Shown: positions 49,182 to 58,013 of the stretch, piece after piece | Layout: every line of letters starts with the position of its first letter | Position numbering within the stretch: position 1 is the stretch's first letter | Assembly (NCBI GenBank): GCA_040752695.1 | Contig: JBFMGO010000007.1 | Location: 32,370 to 96,369 of the forward strand | Direction of reading: 5' to 3' | Length of the DNA: 64,000 nucleotides | DNA from: a bacterium | Lineage (GTDB): Bacteria; SZUA-182; DTGQ01 | Program-made: the position numbers and the translations under genes | Notes under the pieces: generated by a model | Told to the model about the DNA's origin: nothing | Seen by the model: only the letters and a program-made list of their open reading frames with translations | The model's database searches: none

Positions 49182-52100
49182 TTACTGTCCTCCATGAATG
49201 GCGTAAATTCGCCAATTTTGGCTTCCTATATAGACCGTGTTATCCGTGCCTATCACCGGGATTGCGGTAACCGCTCCCCCTTTGGTGAAAAATCGCCACT
49301 TTTGCTCTCCTGTGCCTGAGTCAAAGGCGTACAGGTAGCAGTCGTTGCTTCCGATATAAACAGTGCCGTCAGGACCGATGCAGGCCGAGGAGCGGACTTT
49401 CCCTTCGGTGGTTGCGGACCACTTGAGTGTCCCATTGGGGTTGAGGGCATAGAGCATGGCATCGTCACTTCCAACATAGATCGTGCCGTCAGGGCCAAGA
49501 GAAGGAGAGGAAAGAACTTCTCCTTTCGTGAGATAGCTCCATTTGGTGTTACCCGTGGCAGGATAAAGGGCGTAGATTTTCTTGTCTCCGCTTCCGACGT
49601 AAATCGTCCCATCCGGGCCTATGGCGGGGCGACAGAGGGTATAAACGGAGGCAATCCACTTTCGTTCCCCATTGCCGGGATCAAGAGCATAGAGCTGGCC
49701 CTTTCCCGTCCAGTTTCCTGCTCCCACATAAATAGTCCCATCCGGGCCGATTGCCGGGGAGGAAACCATATTTTCCAAGGGGCTCGACCATTTCTTTTGG
49801 CCGTCTGCCGCATTCAGTGCATAGAGGCAGCCGTCGTTGCACCCGATATAAAGGGTACCGTCAGCCCCGAGTGCGGCAGTGGAAAGGATGGCATCGGGCA
49901 GAGCCGTTGCCCATTTTTTCTCTCCTTGCAGGGTAATGCCATAGACAGAGCGGTCACTGCTGCCGATATACAGGGCACCACGATTCGGATCTATGGTTGG
50001 AGAGGTGAAGACTGCTCCGAGCGTGGTAAAGGTCCACTTGATGCTTCCATCGGGATTGACAGCGTAAATCTTGCCGTCATCATAGCTGCCCGCATAGATA
50101 GTGCCGTCGGAGCCAAGTGACAGCGAAGAATAGATGCGTCCGCCAGTGCCGACAGCCCATTTTTCGACTCCCGAAAACTTTATGCACGTGAAGTGAAGGT
50201 TTGAGCTGTTTGCCCCATGGATAGTAATACTCACCGATTCGGGCTCGAACCGGCATCCTGACCGGACGGGGGTGAGTGCATAGCTCCCGTCAGGGGCGCT
50301 GAGGCTGAAGTTTCCCTGATCATCCGTTTGTGCCTCAGCCACGGTGTTTGCTCCCCCAGACCTCAGGGTCAGGATGACACCTCCTTGAACTTCCCCGGAA
50401 ATGGTGCCGGAAATGGTATAAAGGGAAGAAAGGGAAGAAGAGGAAAAATCATTATTGGGGCAATCACTGTCTTGAATAGTGATCTCTCTTTGAGGAGGGG
50501 AGAAGGTATAACCCGGTCTTGAGGCTTTGAGAATATAGTGGCCGCTGGGAAGTTGAAAGGAAAACTCCCCCTTTTCATCGGAAACTGCCGTGGCCGAACT
50601 GTCGCCGGATACGGCCAGCGTTACCGATTCTTTGACAGCGCCGGTTATGGTTCCTGAGAGGATAAAGCCTGCTTGCTTGTCAGAAGCGGTAAAATGATTG
50701 CCGCTTATTGACCCGGAATTGCCTATGGTGATCTGCCTGTTGCCAGGGGTGAAGGAATACCCCGAAAGAGAGGGAGTGATGGTATAGGAGCCTCTATAGA
50801 CGGTAAACTCATAGCTGCCATTCGCTCTTGTCGTGGTCATCACTTCCACCGCAACTCCCTCAGCCGTATTTCCATCCAGATACACAGTCACACCGGACCG
50901 GACATCTCCGCTCACGACGCCTGAGATAACACAGGTTTTCAGGGTAGAGATGAAATTGACCTCGCGATTCTGGGTGAGCTCGACGGTCTGCATACCGGGG
51001 ATGAATGCGTAGCCATCCAAAAGAGGAGTCAAGGTATAAGAGGCTCCTCTGGGCAAAGAAAAGTCAAATTTCCCAAGCTCTCCGGTGACTGTGGAATCGA
51101 TCTGGGATGATCCTTTCCTTACCGATATGGTCACTCCCTTCAGGACTGCACCGCTCATGGTTCCTGACACACGGCAGGCTGCATAAGCGGTAAAATTATT
51201 CCTGCCGTTTTGAGTGCCTGTGGTCATAACATCGATGGTTCTGGGAGTGAAGCTGTATCCTTCTCTATCCGCCGAGAGAGTGTAGGCACCGGGATGGACG
51301 CCGTTGAAGGTGAATGTGCCATCGGTCGAGGTCTCGGTAGAGAGGAAAAGATCTTTTTGCGTGCTGCTTAAGGATACGGTCACCTTGTCCGAGACGGCAC
51401 CGCTGACCCGTCCTGAAATGGAACACAGGGAGTTGAGAGGCATGGCCCCCTTGTGGCTGCTCCCTTTTCGAAACATGGGCCACACAGAACCGGCCGCATC
51501 CAGGGCCGGATTGGCAAGGGCGTAGAGCGCCCGATCATTGCTGCCGATGTAAATCCTCCCTTCCGTTTGCCCAGCCGGGCTCAGGCAGACTGACGACAGA
51601 CAGGGAGAGGAGAGGATTCCTCCATCCGCCAGAAAAGCTGCCTGGACCGTGCCATCGGGAGTAAGGGCATAGAAGGTTCCGTCCTCACAGCCAAAATAGA
51701 TGATCTTCCTCTGATCGAGAGCGGGAGAAGAGGAAACAGCCGAATTGGTCTTGTAGGACCATTTCCGGGTGCCGTCTTGTGCCAGTGCATAGAGGCAGTG
51801 ATCACAACAGCCGAAATAGATAGTTCCATCCTCTGAAAGGGCGCAGGATGAATGAATTTCGCCTCCGGTGCTGTGTGCCCACTTTTGCTTTCCCTCCGGG
51901 TTGAGGGCGTAAAAAGTGTGATCGCAACTGCCGATATAGATCGTAGTATCGGTGCCGATGACCGGGGATGAACGAATGACTCCACGGGTCGGGAATTTCC
52001 ATCTCAATTTTCCGTCCGGAGAGAGTGCATAGAGATTCATATCATTGCTTCCAACGTAGATGACGCCGTTGGCATCGATGGCTGGTGAGGATTGGATTTC

Positions 52101-53021
52101 CCCGCCTGTTTTATACGACCAGAGAAGTTTTCCTTCCGGAGAAAGAGCATGGAGGGAGGAATCATCGCTGCCGATGTATACCTTTCCGAAATCGTCGATG
52201 GCAGGAGAGGACTGAACGGCTCCTCCGGTCTTATAAGACCAGTGCTGTTTTCCATCGGCAGGATCGAGCGCATAGAGGGAATGATCGGTGCTGCCAACAT
52301 AGATGACCCCCCGCTGGTCGATGGCTGGCGAGGAATGAATGGCTCCCTTGGTGGAATAGCTCCATTTGAGACCTCCGGTCGGACTGAATGCGTACACGGA
52401 AGAATCGCTGCTTCCCACATAGACTGTGCCGTCGCGGTCAACGGCGGGGGAAGAAGAGATTTCACCTTCCGATTGTCCGGACCAGAGGGCCTTATCCTTG
52501 AGACTTTTCACCAGCAGGAAATTGCAATCCAGACCATCCCTGCCGGAGACAACGATGTGCTGACTCTGCGGTATAGACAGATAACCATCCAGTGAGGCGG
52601 TGAGGGTATATTCCCCATCGGGAAGATCAAATTGATAAAACCCGCTGCTTCCGGTCCTGGCCTTTAGCTCCCTGTCTCTTTCCACCACGGTAACGGTTAC
52701 TCCTTCAGTGACTTCACCTTCGATGAAGCCGTAAACCGTGGCTTCCTTTTTTTCTTTTCCAGCACTCCCGCACCCTCCCAGGGAGAGCAGGGAAAGGAAC
52801 AGGATCAGGCAAAGGGCAGCTTTTTTCAACCCACCGGAGCAAAACCACTGACAGGGAAAAAACCCCTGAGCGGGTGATACCCAAAGGTGGTGCCCTGCAC
52901 GGTATCTTTCTTCCTCTTTGGACATTTTCCTTTCTTTTCCTCTTGTTTGTTTGAACAGTCCTTTCAATGAGAGCTTAAGCCTCCTCAAGTTTGAAGGGTC
53001 CTGGCAATAAGGGTTCATCAT
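49182..53021 (-). CDS. Large lipoprotein with two PQQ-like beta-propellers and multiple carboxypeptidase-regulatory-like beta-sandwich domains
   Basis: Lipobox LGGC; many SSPAID..G.IYVGS.D..LYAL repeats; WPMF motif; ISG.VSG...G.Y.F...G.YTLTP...GY.F.P modules. Start may be 52925. Confidence 0.88.
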   Translation of the reverse strand: MMNPYCQDPSNLRRLKLSLKGLFKQTRGKERKMSKEEERYRAGHHLWVSPAQGFFPCQWFCSGGLKKAALCLILFLSLLSLGGCGSAGKEKKEATVYGFIEGEVTEGVTVTVVERDRELKARTGSSGFYQFDLPDGEYTLTASLDGYLSIPQSQHIVVSGRDGLDCNFLLVKSLKDKALWSGQSEGEISSSPAVDRDGTVYVGSSDSSVYAFSPTGGLKWSYSTKGAIHSSPAIDQRGVIYVGSTDHSLYALDPADGKQHWSYKTGGAVQSSPAIDDFGKVYIGSDDSSLHALSPEGKLLWSYKTGGEIQSSPAIDANGVIYVGSNDMNLYALSPDGKLRWKFPTRGVIRSSPVIGTDTTIYIGSCDHTFYALNPEGKQKWAHSTGGEIHSSCALSEDGTIYFGCCDHCLYALAQDGTRKWSYKTNSAVSSSPALDQRKIIYFGCEDGTFYALTPDGTVQAAFLADGGILSSPCLSSVCLSPAGQTEGRIYIGSNDRALYALANPALDAAGSVWPMFRKGSSHKGAMPLNSLCSISGRVSGAVSDKVTVSLSSTQKDLFLSTETSTDGTFTFNGVHPGAYTLSADREGYSFTPRTIDVMTTGTQNGRNNFTAYAACRVSGTMSGAVLKGVTISVRKGSSQIDSTVTGELGKFDFSLPRGASYTLTPLLDGYAFIPGMQTVELTQNREVNFISTLKTCVISGVVSGDVRSGVTVYLDGNTAEGVAVEVMTTTRANGSYEFTVYRGSYTITPSLSGYSFTPGNRQITIGNSGSISGNHFTASDKQAGFILSGTITGAVKESVTLAVSGDSSATAVSDEKGEFSFQLPSGHYILKASRPGYTFSPPQREITIQDSDCPNNDFSSSSLSSLYTISGTISGEVQGGVILTLRSGGANTVAEAQTDDQGNFSLSAPDGSYALTPVRSGCRFEPESVSITIHGANSSNLHFTCIKFSGVEKWAVGTGGRIYSSLSLGSDGTIYAGSYDDGKIYAVNPDGSIKWTFTTLGAVFTSPTIDPNRGALYIGSSDRSVYGITLQGEKKWATALPDAILSTAALGADGTLYIGCNDGCLYALNAADGQKKWSSPLENMVSSPAIGPDGTIYVGAGNWTGKGQLYALDPGNGERKWIASVYTLCRPAIGPDGTIYVGSGDKKIYALYPATGNTKWSYLTKGEVLSSPSLGPDGTIYVGSDDAMLYALNPNGTLKWSATTEGKVRSSACIGPDGTVYIGSNDCYLYAFDSGTGEQKWRFFTKGGAVTAIPVIGTDNTVYIGSQNWRIYAIHGGQ

Positions 53022-53023
53022 CC

Positions 53024-54208
53024 TCAGGATGGGTTGATAATTCCCTCAACGGCATAAACCTTGCCATCCTGTCCGCCAAAATAGATAGTGCTATCTTTCC
53101 CGATGAGTGGAATGGAAGTAACCTTCCCAAAGGTCGGGAACGTTCCCTTCTGGACGCCTTCATGGCCATGACCTGCAAAAGCGTACAGGTTGCGATCGTT
53201 GCAGCCGATATAAATGATTCCATCCCGGCCCACGGCAGCCGAGGAGCGGATTTTGTCCCCTGCGGCAGCGAACCAAAGGAGTGATCCGTCAGGATTAAGA
53301 GCATACAGCTTGGCATCGTCGCTTCCTACGTAAACAATGCCAAAAGGTCCAAGGACAGGCGAGGAAATAACCGGGCCCCCTGTGGTGTATTTCCATACTA
53401 TGCTGCCATCGTCGCTGGAATCCAGGGCGTAGATACGTCCATCAGTGCTTCCTGCATAGACAATCCCGTGAGAGTCAACAGCCGGTCTTGAGAAGATGCT
53501 GATTTCCCGGCTCCATTCGATATGGCCATCTGCGGGATTCACTGCGTAAAGACTTCCCACCGACCGGGGGGGATTGAACCAGTCCACCTGCCCGCTTCCT
53601 ACATAGATGACGTGATCAGGCCCTACGGCAGGCGAGGAAACCCACCCGCCCAACTCGGCACTCCATTTTTCTCGGCCGTCGGGGTATAAAGCGTAGAGCT
53701 TCCCGTCATTGCTGCCCACGTAAATGATGCCGCTGTTGGGGTCTATGGCAGGAGAGGAAAAAATTTTATCTCCGGTGGGATAAGACCATTTGTAACTGCC
53801 ATCCGGGTTAATGGCATACAGGTGCGTATCCCGGCTGCCCATGTAGATGGTGCCGTCAGATCCGACAGCAGGGGAGGAAAAGACATTTCCTTCCGTCTCA
53901 TGAGCTCCTGCCGTTTCATCGGTTTTGAACTTCCAGCGCAAGTCACCATTCGGGTACAGGGCATAGAGATAGTTATCATTGCTGCCGATGTACACAGTGC
54001 CGTCTGAAGCAAGGGCAGGCGAGGATATGATGCTCTGGCCAGTGAGAAAATCCCACTTTTTCTCAAAACCATCAGCCGTGAGAGTATGGCCTTGATTACC
54101 GCCGCCACCCCCTCCACCCCCACCACAAGAGGAGATGAGCAAAAAGGGCATGAGCAGAAATAAACCGGCGAGTATTGCAACAGATATTCGGGGAATTTTG
54201 CTGCACAT
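53024..54208 (-). CDS. PQQ-like beta-propeller lipoprotein
   Basis: ISSC lipobox plus poly-Gly linker; about 8 SSPA..DGT.Y.GS.D repeats. Confidence 0.88.
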   Translation of the reverse strand: MCSKIPRISVAILAGLFLLMPFLLISSCGGGGGGGGGNQGHTLTADGFEKKWDFLTGQSIISSPALASDGTVYIGSNDNYLYALYPNGDLRWKFKTDETAGAHETEGNVFSSPAVGSDGTIYMGSRDTHLYAINPDGSYKWSYPTGDKIFSSPAIDPNSGIIYVGSNDGKLYALYPDGREKWSAELGGWVSSPAVGPDHVIYVGSGQVDWFNPPRSVGSLYAVNPADGHIEWSREISIFSRPAVDSHGIVYAGSTDGRIYALDSSDDGSIVWKYTTGGPVISSPVLGPFGIVYVGSDDAKLYALNPDGSLLWFAAAGDKIRSSAAVGRDGIIYIGCNDRNLYAFAGHGHEGVQKGTFPTFGKVTSIPLIGKDSTIYFGGQDGKVYAVEGIINPS

Positions 54209-54565
54209 CTTTTTTCTCCTTGAAAAGGTTTTTTAAGAGTTGTTGGTAACTGCCAAAGCCTCTTCGTTAAGGGGGACCATCCTCTTTTTAAACGGTATCA
54301 TACTTTTTGCAGACAAAAGAATGCACTTTTTTTCAATAAGATAAGATTATTTTTTGAAAAATATGATTTATGGATGGATATTTATTCGGTCTTTTTTCCT
54401 TAATACGACTACAGACAGTCGTACAAATAAGGCGGGAAGGCCAGCGGAAGGCCAAAAGATGGAAGGGGGTAGTCAACGTTGAACCAGGTTCTCCTGCTCC
54501 CTTTTTAAGGGAGCAGGGGAAGATTTTTGAGGTTATGATTGTGGCCTGTATGCTTTTGTATAATG

Positions 54566-55195
54566 CTAGGGGTAAACTAAAGACCCTGCGGTCACCAGTG
54601 AAGTTATGCTGGGAGCTGGAGCTACAAGAGAAACCAAAAGATTGCTTAAGCCTGGTAAAGCCGTTGTAAGAGAAGGAGGCAGAGCGATCGGATTGGCAGC
54701 CAGGGCGAAAGTGGGATAAGTGCTGAGATAAGTCAGATTGGCGACCGGGACGTTGTTTGACAGCCAGGTGGCGCTGGTGGGAGTCAGATACTGGTAGCCG
54801 AGAGCCAGGGTGATAGGCTGCGGAAGCCCGGTCGTCGGATTAAGGAGATAGTTGGGCGGCCAGGTATTTACTCCCTGGAATGGATCATAATAAGCCATGC
54901 CTACCGGTGTATTATACAGAAGAAAAGGATAGGCCCAACTCGGATCCCAGGTCAACCCGGGCTGAACTGGTAATACGGTCGTTCTGCTCAGGTTGGTCAC
55001 GATAGGCGTTGGCACTCCTGTAATCGGGTCCTTGGGAGACAGGACAGATGGCCACAGGGGCCACAGGGTATTATAGGGAGGAAGAGCCTTCCAGTTCTGT
55101 GCTTCAGCCAGTGGAGAAAGCAGAAAGCCAAGAACTCCAAAAAACAGTAAGGCGAGAAAAAAAGTATGGGCGGTTTTTCGTCGACTCATCATCAT
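54566..55195 (-). CDS. Secreted Pro/Trp-rich protein of unknown function (paralog 2)
   Basis: Signal peptide ending AEA-Q; core NW.ALPPYNTLWPLW...LPVQPGLTWDP...LLYNTP.G..YYDP shared with its neighbour. Confidence 0.8.
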   Translation of the reverse strand: MMMSRRKTAHTFFLALLFFGVLGFLLSPLAEAQNWKALPPYNTLWPLWPSVLSPKDPITGVPTPIVTNLSRTTVLPVQPGLTWDPSWAYPFLLYNTPVGMAYYDPFQGVNTWPPNYLLNPTTGLPQPITLALGYQYLTPTSATWLSNNVPVANLTYLSTYPTFALAANPIALPPSLTTALPGLSNLLVSLVAPAPSITSLVTAGSLVYP

Positions 55196-55250
55196 TCTCC
55201 TTTTTTTCAGGTTCGTTCGGTTTGGGCTTGTTTTGATTCTTTCAAAAAAA

Positions 55251-55814
55251 CTACCAGCCGAGTAAAATGGCCGGGGTCAAAAGGGATGAGAGCGGGGGAG
55301 TAGAAGCCACGGCCGCAGGAGGATAGGTATTAAAAAAGTATACATTGGCTACGGGAACATTAGCTGCCAGCCAGGATGAACTGGTTGGAGCCAAAGCTGT
55401 ATAGGCAATCTTGAGCGTAACCAGGTCGATAGGTGCAGGCAGTCCGGTCAAAGGATCGAGAAGAGAGGAGGGAGGCCAGGAGTTAATCCCGTAGTAAGGG
55501 TCATAATAGCAAAGACCTAAGGGAGTGTTATACAGAAGCCAGGGATAGGTTTTACGGGGGTCCCAGGTCAGCCCGGGCTGTACGGGAAGGACCGTGCTTC
55601 TGCTGATCTGATTGACAATCGGCGTGGGCAGTCCGGTTAATGCATTGACAGGAGACAGCGGCGGTGACCACAAGGGCCATAATGTATTGTACGGCGGCAG
55701 CGGCTGCCAGTTGGCCGCTGCCGCAGTCGAACTTTGAATGGCGAGTAATCCTGAAATAAGAATAAATAAAGCCAAAATGAAAAACCTTTGGCATGTGCGC
55801 TTCTCGGCATTCAT
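55251..55814 (-). CDS. Secreted Pro/Trp-rich protein of unknown function (paralog 1)
   Basis: Signal peptide; same conserved core as 54566-55195; AAGGAG RBS. Confidence 0.8.
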   Translation of the reverse strand: MNAEKRTCQRFFILALFILISGLLAIQSSTAAAANWQPLPPYNTLWPLWSPPLSPVNALTGLPTPIVNQISRSTVLPVQPGLTWDPRKTYPWLLYNTPLGLCYYDPYYGINSWPPSSLLDPLTGLPAPIDLVTLKIAYTALAPTSSSWLAANVPVANVYFFNTYPPAAVASTPPLSSLLTPAILLGW

Positions 55815-55925
55815 ACCTTATACTCCTTTATTCCTTTTTTTTCTTATATTATACCTGTACAAAAGCCTAAGTGAAAAAACAGGTCAGCAAAAAGCCATCA
55901 TCACCTCCTTCTTTCTTTCATAGAG

Positions 55926-56100
55926 CCTTGCGGTAAAGGCCGGTTTCTCACTCACCTTATGGGCTCTCGCTGATACACTCACCCCCCTTAAGGATGTCTC
56001 ATTCACTGCTGGCTGATTACGCTTCACTTGAGGCCCGGTTTCTCGCTCACTGCGGACGGAAATTTCACTCATGGTTGACCACTGTGGATGTACCGCAAGG
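55926..56100 (-). ncRNA. Candidate structured RNA or degenerate repeat array
   Basis: 10-bp terminal IR CCTTGCGGTA/TACCGCAAGG enclosing six ~21-27-nt units of GTGAGYGAGAAACC-like repeat plus variable 6-9 nt. Confidence 0.4.
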
Positions 56101-56230
56101 GTTAACGTTGATTGGTAATCATGAAAGGTTTAAAATAAGAGAATAAAAAATAAATACCTATATATAAATAATATAATATTCAAATAAAAATTTCAAGTAA
56201 TTCTGTATAAAATGAAACGATTTTTGAGGT

Positions 56231-57964
56231 TCACCTCAGGAGGGGAGAGAGTGTTTCGATGGACCATTGCTGCAGTAAGGTCCCTTCGGAAACCTGCAGG
56301 TCGATATGGGCTTTGATTTGTCCGATGATGGCTGTAACCTCATTTACCTGGGCCTCGGTAAGGTCTCGCTGGACCTGAAAGACCTTAAAATTGGTGGATC
56401 TGCCCACGCGAAATGTCTCCTGTTCGACTTTGAGTTTTTCTTCCTGCATGATGCGGTTGGCCCTCGATGCTGTAATCTGTTCCGTGCAACTGTTAATCTC
56501 CACAATGGCCTTGCGGATTTCAACCTGAATCGACTGCTTCAGGTTGGCAATGCTCTCCTGATACTGAAGCCGGGTGAGGCTGGCCCTGCGGGCTTGAGCC
56601 TTTGCCCTCGTATTGCCGAGAGGCCGGGACAAATTGAAACCGGCGACATAGTCAGAATCGTCGAACTCGCTGAAAGAAGCGGGAAATTCGGGACCGGATG
56701 CCATCTGCTTCAAAGTAATGAAAAAATCCAGGCGGGGCAGGAGCCCGTTTTGGGTCCGCACCACTTCCAGATCTCCCTTTTTATAATTAAGATGCGCCTG
56801 ATTGATATCAGGCCGAAAGCGCATGGCAGCGGTCACGTGCTCATGAATGCCTCCGATTTCACGCTCAATGGGAGCCGGCGGGGTGGTGAGGTTCACTTTT
56901 TGGTCCCACAGCGTTTCCACATCGGGATTGAGGAGGTAGAGAAAATCCAGTGTCCGTTTGGACAGGGTGTTTTTGGCATCGATCAGCTTGGCCTTTTCTG
57001 AAGCCACTTCCGCCTGGGCGGAAACAAGCTCGGACTCAGCCTGTTTTCCCAGATTGATCCGCTCTTGCGTTTCATTCATCTGGCGCTCGGCCAGATCCAG
57101 GGATTTTTCCCTGATTTTCAGGGTCTCTTCGGCCAGAACCAGGTTCCAGTAATTTTTCTGGACCTTGGCCACCAGTTCAATCGCGTATTGCTGGAGCTCA
57201 TAGGCGGAAATCTGCCTGTCTATTTCAGCCTGATTGGCGAGCGAGAGATTGATTTTTCTGCCCATCCCCCGCAGGAGGGGCTGGGTGAGCGTGATGCTTC
57301 CGGAGTTGGAATAGGTGGAACAGGAGATGGATAATTTGTCCGTGATGAAAGCTTTCTGTGTCGTCTGTTCTCGCTCCTGATCGGAATATTGACTTTGAAG
57401 GCCGATCTCCAGTTTGGTGCCGGTGGAAAAGAGTTTCGAGAAACCAAGGGCCGCTGTGGGAGTTTGCGAACTGTTCGTGGTTGTGATCTTCAGCACGTCG
57501 CCGAAATACTTGTTATATTCTTCTTCCGGTATTCTGGAGTAATCTCTCCGTAAATCGTCCTGGTTCTGACTGCTTTCATCCCTCGTTTGTCCGATCTGCA
57601 GCTTGAGAAATGGCTCAAGATCAAAGTCTGACATATGCTCTTGCGCCCTGGTCTGGGCAATTTGGGGATTGAGGATCTGAACCTTGAGGTCCCGGTTGCG
57701 GTTTAAGGCAAGCAAAACGGCATCCTCTACCGAGAGTGTAAGTGGCTGCTGGCCGGAGGTAGTCAGATCGGCCAGACCCTCTCTTCTTTCCGGTGACTCC
57801 TGCGCTCTTACGAAAGGAGCGAAAAAAACCGACAGCAGGGATAGAAGTAACCAAAAAACAAGGAGAAGCCGGGGAGACCGGAATTCAGAAGTCGGAACAA
57901 AAGCGGTTTTTCCCCTGACTCCTGACTCCTGGCTCCTGTATTCTTCCTTATAGCTGGCTTTCAT
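56231..57964 (-). CDS. tolC: TolC-family outer membrane efflux protein
   Basis: LSVEDAVLLALNRNRDL, LTQPLLRG, LLPRLD, EQETFRVGRST; start taken at MKASY (57964). Confidence 0.88.
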   Translation of the reverse strand: MKASYKEEYRSQESGVRGKTAFVPTSEFRSPRLLLVFWLLLSLLSVFFAPFVRAQESPERREGLADLTTSGQQPLTLSVEDAVLLALNRNRDLKVQILNPQIAQTRAQEHMSDFDLEPFLKLQIGQTRDESSQNQDDLRRDYSRIPEEEYNKYFGDVLKITTTNSSQTPTAALGFSKLFSTGTKLEIGLQSQYSDQEREQTTQKAFITDKLSISCSTYSNSGSITLTQPLLRGMGRKINLSLANQAEIDRQISAYELQQYAIELVAKVQKNYWNLVLAEETLKIREKSLDLAERQMNETQERINLGKQAESELVSAQAEVASEKAKLIDAKNTLSKRTLDFLYLLNPDVETLWDQKVNLTTPPAPIEREIGGIHEHVTAAMRFRPDINQAHLNYKKGDLEVVRTQNGLLPRLDFFITLKQMASGPEFPASFSEFDDSDYVAGFNLSRPLGNTRAKAQARRASLTRLQYQESIANLKQSIQVEIRKAIVEINSCTEQITASRANRIMQEEKLKVEQETFRVGRSTNFKVFQVQRDLTEAQVNEVTAIIGQIKAHIDLQVSEGTLLQQWSIETLSPLLR

Positions 57965-58013
57965 AGGTTCTCCTTTGATGAAGAGAGGTTCTCCTTTGAT
58001 GAACAAAAAAGGG

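Noticed and set aside
48925..49197. Small ORFs around the GGTCGCCGGATGCTCGAT direct repeat
   Set aside because: No convincing RBS or recognisable motif; probably an intergenic duplication.
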